This document shows, piece by piece, positions 48,057 through 56,870 of a DNA stretch of 56,870 nt. How positions within the stretch are numbered: position 1 is the first letter of the stretch; the number at the start of each line of letters is the position of its first letter. The position numbers and the translations under genes are program-made. The stretch spans positions 82,985,237 through 83,042,106 of the forward strand of contig NC_057711.1 of NCBI RefSeq assembly GCF_004010195.1, in the 5' to 3' direction. The notes under the pieces are model-generated. The model was not told the DNA's origin. It worked only from the letters and a program-made list of their open reading frames with translations, and did no database searches. Origin of the DNA: Chiloscyllium plagiosum. Lineage: Eukaryota.

Positions 48057-50905
48057 TCATAGACCATAGAACATTTCAGAGCAGTACATGCCTTTCAGCC
48101 CTCAATGTTGTGCCAACCTGCAGAACCAATCTGAAGCCCATCTATCCTACTTTATTCCATTCTCGTCCATATGCCTATTGTGTCCATATGACCATTTAAA
48201 TGCCCTTAAATTTGGCGAGTCTACTAAGTTGCAGGCAGTGCGTTCCATTCCCCTACTGCTCTGAGTAAAGAAAATACCTCTGACACCTGTCCTATATCTA
48301 TCACCCCTCAATTTAAAGCTATGTCCCCTCATGCTAACCATTTTCATCTGAGGAAAAAGGCTCTCACTGTCCAACCTATCTAACCCTCTGATTATCTTAT
48401 ATGTCTCAATTAAGTCGCCCCTCAACCTTCTCTAACAAAAACAGCCTCAAGTCCCTTAGCCTTTCCTCATAAGACCTTCTCTCCAGACGAGAGAACATCC
48501 TAGTAAATCTTCTCTGAACCCTTTCCAAAGCTTCCACATGCTTCCTGTAATGCACTGACCAGAACTGTACACAATACTCCAAATGTGGCCACACCAGAGT
48601 TTTGTATAGCTGCAGTATGATGTCATGGTTCTGAAACGCAATCCCTCTATCAATTAAAGCTATCACACTGTATGCCTTCTTAACAACCCTGTCAACTTGG
48701 ATGGCAACTTTCAAGGATCTATGTACCTGGACACCAAGATCTCTCTGCTCATCTACACCACCAAGAATCTTACCATTAGCCCAGTACCCTGCGTTCCAGT
48801 TACTCCTTCCAAAGTGAATCACTTCACACTTGTCCGCATTAACTTCCATTTTCCACCTCTCAGCCCAGCTCAGCAGCTTATCTATGCGTCTCTGTAACCT
48901 ACACCATTTTTTGTCACTATCCACAACTCTACCGACCTTAGTCGAAAGTAAGGATTGCAGATGCTGGAGATTAGAGTCAAGATTAGAGTGGCGCTAGAAA
49001 AGCACAGCAGGTCAGGCAGCTGCCTGACCTGCGCTTTTCTACCGACCTTAGTGTCATCTGCATATTTACTAACCCATCCTTCTATGCCCTCATCCAGGTC
49101 ATTTATATAAATTGCAAACAACAGTGGACCCAAAAGAGATCGCTGTGGTAAACCACTGGTAACTGAATTCCAGGATGAATATTTCCCATCAACCACCACC
49201 CTGATTTCTGATCCAAACCATTAAATCACCCTCAATTCCATGTCTCCGTATTTTGTGCAATAGTCTACCACGGGGAACCTTTTCAAATGCCTTACTGAAA
49301 TCCATCAACTGCTTTACCCTCATCCACCTGTTTGGTCACCTTCTCAAAGAATTCAATAAGGTTTGAGAGGCACAATCTACCCTACACAAAACCATGTTGA
49401 CTGTTCCTAATAAACTTATTCTTCTCTAGATGATTATAAATCCTATCTCTTATAACCGTTTCCAACACTTTACCCACAACTGAACTAATGCTCATAGGTC
49501 TATAATTTCCAGGATTTACTTTACTCCCCTTCTTGAACAAGGGACCAACATTTGCTATCCTCTAGTCTACTGGCACTATTCCTGTAGACAATGATGACAT
49601 AAAGATCAAAGCTAAATGCTTGGCAATCTCCTCCCCAGCTTCCCAGAGAATCCTAGGATAAATCCCATCCGACCCAGGGGACTTATCTATTTTTACACTT
49701 TCCAAAATTGCTAATGCACCTCAATCCCATCTGGTCTAGTATCCTGTATCTCCCGTATTCTCCTCGACCACATTGCCTTTTTCTAGCGTGAATACTGATG
49801 AAAAGTATTCATTTGGCACTTCCTCTATCTCCTCTGACTCCATGCACAACTTCCCACTACTATGCTTGATTGGCCCTGATATACCTATAGAAAGCCTTAG
49901 GGTTTTCCTTGATCCTATCCACCAATGACTTCTCATGCCCACTCCTGGCTCTTCTTAGTTCTCTTTAGGTCTTGCCAGGCTAACCTGTAACTCTCACATG
50001 CCTTACCTGAGCCATCACATCTCATCCTAACATCAGGCTTCTTCCATTTGAAGAGAGATTCAACTTCCTTAGTAAACCATGGCTCCCATACTCAACAACT
50101 TCTTCCCTGCCTGACAGGTACATACTTATTAAGAACTCACCGTAGCTGGTCCTTGAATTAGCTCCACATTTCAATTGTGCCCATCCCCTGCAGTTTCCTC
50201 AGCCATCCTATGTATCCTAAATCTTGCCTAATTGCATCATAATTTCCTTCAACTCCCCCCGGCTATAAGTCTTGCCCTGCAGTATATAACCTATCCCTTT
50301 CCATCACTAAATTAAACATAACCGAATTGTGGTCACTATCACTACAGTGATCACCTACCTTCAAATCTAACACCTGGCCCAATTCATTACTCAGTATCTA
50401 ATCAAATGTGGCCTCGCTCCTTGTTGGCCTGTTTACATAATGAGTCAGAAGACCCTTCTGCACACACTGGACAAAAACTGACCCATCTAAAGAACTTGAA
50501 CTATAGTATTCCCAGTCAACATTTGGAAAGTTAAAGTCCCCCAGAACAACTACTATCAAGGATCATCTTTGCTATCCTATCCTTTACATGCCTGGAATTA
50601 TTTGGAGGCCAGACAGGGTAACCTCTCCTTTCCTGTTTCTAATCTCAGCCCATACTACCTCATTGGAGGAGTCCTCAAATGTCCTTTCTGCAGCAATAAT
50701 ACTGATCTTGAATAACAATGCCACACCTCCCCCTCTTTTACCATTTTCTCTGTTCTTACTGAAGCATCTAAATCCCAGAACCTGTAATAACCATTCCTGT
50801 CTCTTCCCATGTCTCTGAAATGGCCACAACATTGAAGTCCCAGGTACCAACCCATGCTGCAAGTTCACCCACCTTATTCTGGATGCTCCTGGCATTGAAT
50901 TAGAC
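48057..50905 (-). mobile_element. CR1 LINE, most of ORF2 plus 3' end
   Basis: APE (KRGGGVALL), RT (SGLPQRSLLGPLLFAIYINDLD, SKYADDTKVG) and C-terminal RGDLIETYKI. The 5' side is cut by the Gypsy LTR. Confidence 0.93.
48943..49037. mobile_element. Short fold-back Penelope terminal fragment
   Basis: gcaggtcaggcagc|tgcctgacctgc inversion. 15-bp TSD tctaccgaccttagt at 48928-48942 and 49038-49052. Confidence 0.88.
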
Positions 50906-51605
50906 TGTTACGACATGGGGTAAACCCTTCTGCTTAATTTAAAACCAGCAACACAGAAACGATGTATCCCGTGCAGTAATCTGTAAAAATCGAGTGGCCA
51001 AGAACTATTTAAAGTAAAAATTAATAACTTTATTTTTTAAAGTATAATAGAGAATAATTAACTAACCACTATTTACAATTCTTTCTCTAACTTATCTTTT
51101 ACCTTCCCTTCTATAATATTAGTCTGATACTCTCCTAATTAAGATGAATAAAACCACGTTTCTTATCTCAAAACCAGGCAGCTGTAGGTTCTTGTCTTTG
51201 GATCATCCTGTGCCTTCTTTTCTCCTTGTTAGGAATTTCTGTGTCACAGTTTACTGATCGAAAAGGGATGTTTAAGAGAGATGTTTTTTCAAGCAGTCTA
51301 GTACACATTAGGCTTGGCAATTCTCAACTGTTCAATTTTCCTTTGGTTTTATACCCTCAAAGCATTGGATTGTCATCGGCTTTTAAGATTGTCAATATAC
51401 TCAATTCAAATTTGAATGGAAGTTGTTTTTTTTAATCGGGGTATAATTTAAACTGATTGGCCCAATTCGAATTTGTTTTTGTCTCCAGGCAACAAACTAC
51501 TCGAGTTGTTGAACCCAGTGTTACCTTGTTGAGAACAGTTGGTGCTGGGTCCGGTAGTTCTGCTGCTTTTAATTCTCCGAGAAGTACACCCACATCTTCA
51601 TAACA
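50906..51605 (-). mobile_element. 3' LTR of a Gmr1-like Gypsy element
   Basis: 700 bp bounded by TGTTA...TAACA, with an adjacent polypurine tract on the minus strand at 51606-51626. Confidence 0.85.
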
Positions 51606-51735
51606 TCTTCTCCCCCCCCCACCCCACTTAAGAAAAAATGCACCATTGTAATGAAAAGTTGGCTTTTTTTTCTTTTAAACAAATTTCACTAACATACCGA
51701 TAACTTTCATATAAGTTCACCTTAACTTCCCATAT

Positions 51736-51872
51736 TCTGGATCAATGGTGCTGGAAGAGCACAGCAATTCTTGCAGCATCCAACGAGCAGCTTGGATGCT
51801 GCCTGAATTGCTGTGCTCTTCCAGCACCATTGATCCAGAATCTGGTTTCCAGCATCTGCAATCATTGTTTTT
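51736..51872. mobile_element. Fold-back Penelope terminal fragment
   Basis: Inverted arms. 17-bp TSD accttaacttcccatat at 51719-51735 and 51873-51889. Confidence 0.88.
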
Positions 51873-52479
51873 ACCTTAACTTCCCATATACCTATATATG
51901 GACATAACGCATTAAATAAAGACAAATCTCATCTAAACTCTATCAGTTAAATCTGCGATAAAGCAACTGCGATTACATTCTTCTGACCTGCAACATGTAT
52001 GATTTTAAAATTAAAAGTCTGTAACATAAGACTCCAACGAAATAATGTCATATTCTTAGTTTTAAAACATTCTAAGAATGTAAGCAGACTGTGGTCAGTG
52101 TACACAATTGTCTCCAACACATTGTTTGTAACATATACATTAAAAAGCTGTAAGGCCAGTACCAAACTCAATAGTTCCTTTTTGATTGTGGAGTATTTCT
52201 TGTGGTCGATGTTGATCTTCTTCGAAAAATAATCAACTGGCAGTTTAATCCCATCCTCATGTTTCTGGAGGAGTACAGCTCCAACTCCAATGTCACTAAC
52301 ATGGATGGCGACTTTAAAAGGTTTTGAGAAGTTAAAACGGGTTTGGTGGTTAGTATTGATTTCAAATGGTCGAATGCCTCCTGGCATGGTTCTGTCGACT
52401 GAAATTGTGGTCTTCAGCAAATCAATTAACGGTGAAGTTTAGAACACTGCTGAAGTTTAGAACAATCTTCCATAGAATC

Positions 52480-52575
52480 ATTCCTGAGGCTCATTCTTGA
52501 TGAAATGTCGATTTTCTTGCTCCTCGGATGCTGCCTGACCTATGTGTTTCCAGCACCACTCTAATCTAGCTTCTG
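52480..52575 (+). mobile_element. Penelope terminal fragment inserted in Gypsy RT/RH
   Basis: gaaatgtcgattttcttgctcctcggatgctgcctgacc. TSD atagaatc at 52472-52479 and 52576-52583. Confidence 0.8.
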
Positions 52576-54410
52576 ATAGAATCTGCTGAGTCCTAAGAAT
52601 CCAAGTGCTATCCAATTCCTCAATGGCCTTTGTCATTGCGTTCCGTGGGGTCAACCTTCCATGGCCAATGTTATGTCCCAAAAGTGTCATCTCTGCTTTT
52701 GTGAATTCCATTTTATTTAAATTTATCACCAGTTTTGCTTCTCAGTGTTCAAACAGCTCTGCCAATTATACCATATGATCTTTCCAGGACTTATTAAAGA
52801 TCACTACATTGTCCAAATAGACTACACCGTTTGTTAACCCAACCACAACTCTGTTCATGAGTCTCTGGAATGTGGCAGGCATATTCTTCATTCCAAAGGG
52901 CATCACTTTAAACTGATGAAGCCCATTTGGGGTTACAAACGCAGAAATTTCTTTTGCCGTCTCTGATAAAGGTACCTGCCAGCAACCACGCACTAAGTCC
53001 AACTTAGTGATGTAACTGGCTTGTCTGACTTTCTCGATACTGTTCTCCAATCTTGGAATTGGATATGAGTCCAATTTTGCAATGGCGTTCACCTTCCAAT
53101 AATCCACGCAGAATCGTTGAGTCCCGTCTGGTTTGGGAACTAAGACGATCAACAATCTACACTCACTCTGGCTTAGTTTAGTGATGTCCTCATTAAGCAT
53201 GACCTCCACCTCAATCTGGACCTGTCTGGCTTTGAAAGGATTAAGCAGATAGGGGTGTTGTTTATTGGAGCAGTATTCCCGACATCTACCTCATGTACAA
53301 TAGCACTAGTCCTCCCCATCTGATTCTTGCATATGTCCTTATACTGCAGTAACAAACCTTTCAAGTCCGTTCTATGCTCCTGAGACAGATAGCTATTAAA
53401 CTCCTCAAGGACTTCTTCATTTTTAAATCCATTTTGAGACACCACAGAATCCATATTGTTTGGATTTGACTCCTCACTCCGCAGGGCAGTAACTCACACC
53501 TGTTTCTCCAGTTCTTCCTTTCTAGTCTAATACAGTTTCAGCATGTTCACATGACATACTCAATACCTTTTTTTTTCTATCTGGCACCTTTACTAAATAG
53601 TTCACCTGACTCAAGTTTGATAGGGACAACTAAACCTGGCTTTGAAGGGATCACTGGTAACAGTACTAACACTTTATCCCTTTGGAAAATGTTCGAGTCT
53701 CAGAGCTTTTATCTGTTACCTGCTTCATTCTACACTGTGCCCTCTTTAGGTGCTGTTTAGCTAACTTGCTGACTTGATTTAGTCTCTCTCTCACCTCTGA
53801 TACATAATCTTAGTGTGAGGACTCCAACTTTGGTCCTGTCAATTTTTCTTTAATTTCAAAGGGCCTCTCACTTCATGACCATGAATATTAACTCGAAGGG
53901 AGTGAACGGAGTAGATTTGCTTGGGGCATCTCTAAAGGTAAACAATAAAAATGGGATGCCTTTATCCCAATCATTCGGGTAATCCTGACAGTATGCTCTC
54001 AACATGGTCTTCAAAGTCTAATGCCACCTTTTCTAAAACTCCCTGGGATTCAGGTCGATGTGCACTGGATTTAAAGTGCTGTATACCTAAGCTATCCATA
54101 ATCACCTCAAATAGCCTAGCAGTAAAATTTGATCCTTGTCCGACTGAATCTCTTTGGGTAACCCATACCATGTGAAGGAAGTTACTAACTCCCCTACCAC
54201 CTTTTTTGTCTTGATACTCCGTAATGGAATTGCATCTGCAAATCTGGTAGGCACATCTATTATGGTTAACGAGAACTGGTTCCCACTTTTAGTTCTCAGG
54301 AGGCAATGTACACAATCAATTATAACCTCCGTGAAAAGTTCTTCAAATGTGGGAATTGACACCAAAAGTGCTGGTTTTATTACTGCCTGTGGCTTATCTA
54401 CCATTTGGCA

Positions 54411-55539
54411 TTCAACTCCAGCCTCCCCATTATTCTTGACCCACTCCAATTTGCCTATTGGACAAACAAATCCATGTCTGATGCCATATCACTTGCCCTG
54501 CACTCCTCCCCAGAACATCTTGACATGAAGAACAGCTAGGTAAGAATCCTACTCATTGCCTACAGTTCAGTCTTCAACAGTATTATCCCCTCAAGACTGA
54601 TTACTAAGCTTAGTGATCTCAGACTAAGCTCCACTCTCTGCAACTGGATCCTCAGTTTCCTGATCCACAGGCTACAATCAGTGATGACTGGGGACAATAT
54701 TTCATCCTCACTAACACTCAACACTGGAGCCCCCCGAGAGATACGTACTCACTGTATACCCATGACTGCTTCGCCAAATACCAACTAATGCCATTTACAA
54801 GTTCAGTGATGACCCCACCAAAGTTGGTTGAATCTCAGATGGTGACAAACTTTCGGCAGTATGTTACTCCTGTACCCCCTACACACTAACAGCACAGAGG
54901 TGGAATGTGTGGAGAGTGTCAAGCTCCTGGGAGTGGTCATCCACAACAGGCTTTCTTAGACTCTTTATGTGGACGCACTGGTTGTAAAGGCCCAACAATG
55001 TCTATTCTCCCTCAGGCAGCTGAGGAAATTTGACATGACGGCGAAAACCCTTGCCAAGTTTTATAGATGCACGTTCGAGAGCATTCTGTCTGGATGTATC
55101 ACTACCTGGTATGATTGGAGACGGTTACAGAGAGTGGTGAACTCGGCTCAAACAATCACAAAGGCCAACCTCCCATCTATAGAATCCATCTACCAGGTCC
55201 GCTGTCAAGGAAAGGTTGCCAGCATTCTAAAAGATCCATCCCACCCTGGCAATGTTTTTCTACAACCTTTACCATTGGGGAAAAAGTACAGGTGCCTGAA
55301 CACACACACACACCAGCCAGTTTCAAAACAGTTTCTACCCTACTGCTGTTAGAATAATGAATAGACTCTCAAATTCTTAACATTTGCCTGTACCTGTGCT
55401 TTTGTTTTTGCAGCTGTTTACCTATTACTTATTTATCTATGCTACTTAACTATGTGATCTGCCTGAATTGCTCGCAAGACAAAGCTTATCACTGTAACTC
55501 AGTACATGTGACAATAACTTCAATTCAATTCTATTCAAC
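54411..55539 (+). mobile_element. Rex1/Babar-type LINE, 5'-truncated, inserted in the Gypsy integrase zinc finger
   Basis: LDPLQFAY...DAISLALH and KAQQCLFSLRQLRKF...FYRCTFESILSGCITTWY...LQRVVNSAQ...ILKDPSHPG. It has a (ttcaa)n tail and attcaac at both ends. Confidence 0.9.
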
Positions 55540-56320
55540 GTACGGCAAAAGTTAACCACATCCTTGTGCAGTCTATCCAGTCTATCTTTCTATCTTTCAG
55601 ATAATAATCCTCTGGAATGTTCTCTGCCTCCTTTTCAGAGCACGCATCCATATATATATCTTTTATTGTCTTGGCTTGGCTTGCTGTTGCAAGGCCCTTA
55701 GCCTTTCAGGACTAAACACTTCTGTCTGATCTGCCTGTTCAGGTTTTTTCTGCATCATTACGTCAAACAGAGTATCCACTAAATGAACCTCAACTACTTC
55801 ATCTTTCTCTTTAGTTTTTGCTTCGTGCTGTGACTTATGATAGTGGGATCTGGTTACCGGACAATCTGGGAAAATACCAGGATAGTTCTGTTTTAACTCC
55901 TCAGTTTCCTGGTTTTGCTTGGGCTTCTCCACAACAAGGGGTGTTACTCTCACCTTGGATCTTGTCAAATCATTCCCAAGAACAAACTGAATTCCTGCAA
56001 CTGACCCTTTGTTAATCACTCCCACAGTAACTTCCTCAGTCTTAAATTGGCACTCCAACCTGATCTTACATGGGGGACACTAAATTTCTGTCCATCTGTT
56101 CCCAAATTACCACACACTCGGGTAACAGATCAGAAAGAGTGCATATTCGCTCATCCCTTACAATCAGCATCTGGTAAGATCCTGTCTCTCTCAAAATTAT
56201 AACTTCTTGTCCTTCACCCCTGTTCTTTCTGAGTAAACTTTACCCACAGAGGTGAATTCTTCATAGAGATCAGGTACTATAGATCTCCCAATAGTCAGAG
56301 GGAAATTGAGAAACAAACTT

Positions 56321-56424
56321 TTACGCTTCGGCGGGTCGGTGTGGACTTGTTGGGCCGAAGGGTCTGTTTCCACACTGTAAAGTAATCTAATCTAATCTAA
56401 TCTAATTAATGTAAAGTAATCTAA
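56321..56424 (+). mobile_element. HE1 SINE / CR1 3' tail fragment with (TCTAA)n tail
   Basis: cttcggcgggtcggtgtggacttgttgggccgaagggtctgtttccacactgtaa + (tctaa)n, flanked by a 116-bp direct repeat. Confidence 0.85.
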
Positions 56425-56494
56425 TCTTGTCCTTCACCCCTGTTCTTTCTGAGTAAACTTTACCCACAGAGGTGAATTCTTCATAGAGATCAGG

Positions 56495-56870
56495 TACTAT
56501 AGATCTCCCAATAATCAGAGGGAAATTGAGAAACAAACTTGTAAGGAGATCTCAGCTATCTGTAAGAATATTAGGGTAGTTATGGTCGGGGATTTTAACT
56601 TTACAAACATCGACTGGGACTGCCACAGTGTTAAAGGTTAGATGGAGAGGAATTTCTTAAGTGTGTACAAGACAATTTTCTGATTCAGTATGTGGATGTA
56701 CCTACTAGAGAAGGTGCAAAACTTGACCTACTCTTGGGAAATAAGGGAGGGCAGGTGACTGTGGTGTCAGTGGAGGAGCACTTTGGGGGCAGCGACCATA
56801 ATTCTATTCGTTTTAAAATAGTGATGGAAAAGGATAGACCAGATCTAAAAGTTAAAGTTCTAAATTGGAG
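56495..56870 (+). mobile_element. CR1 LINE APE region (runs off the window)
   Basis: YYRSPN, VVMVGDFNF, PTREGAKLDLLL, SDHNSI. Confidence 0.9.

Larger units (their letters stand above)
51606..56278 (-). mobile_element. Gmr1-like Gypsy internal region, pol order PR-INT-RT-RH, disrupted
   Basis: Protease (lRdTG-like, about 56180), integrase (VIIDCV, EIQSD, SAHRPESQG; 54410-53600), RT (FCVDYWKVN, KLDL, MPFGMKN, YLDN; 53450-52600) and RNase H (GVGAVLLQ, YSTIKKELL, YTDH; 52420-51947). Confidence 0.9.

Overview
Eukaryotic, almost entirely repeat-derived DNA. It is inferred to come from a shark, based on HE1/V-type and Deu-type SINEs and on CR1, Penelope, Rex1, Tx1 and Gypsy elements. No intact host gene is recognisable and every coding remnant is disrupted. 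Main contents: (1) a head-to-tail minus-strand array of Tx1 (L1-clade) retrotransposons at about 11.8-23.2 kb, anchored in half of an LTR-like sequence whose motif recurs at the elements' own 5' ends, plus short tail-only copies that share one 5' start; (2) about a dozen Penelope terminal-repeat insertions from several families, many fold-back, with target-site duplications and minimal hammerhead-ribozyme cores; (3) an ORF1-less CR1-clade LINE whose 5' end is a tRNA-headed SINE (41.2-44.25 kb); (4) a Gmr1-type Gypsy element with integrase upstream of RT (50.9-56.3 kb); (5) a processed MYL4/MYL3-like myosin light chain pseudogene (32.7-33.4 kb); (6) many nested CR1 copies. There are two assembly gaps. 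Family names come from motif recognition, not database searches. Boundaries are approximate unless a TSD is given.
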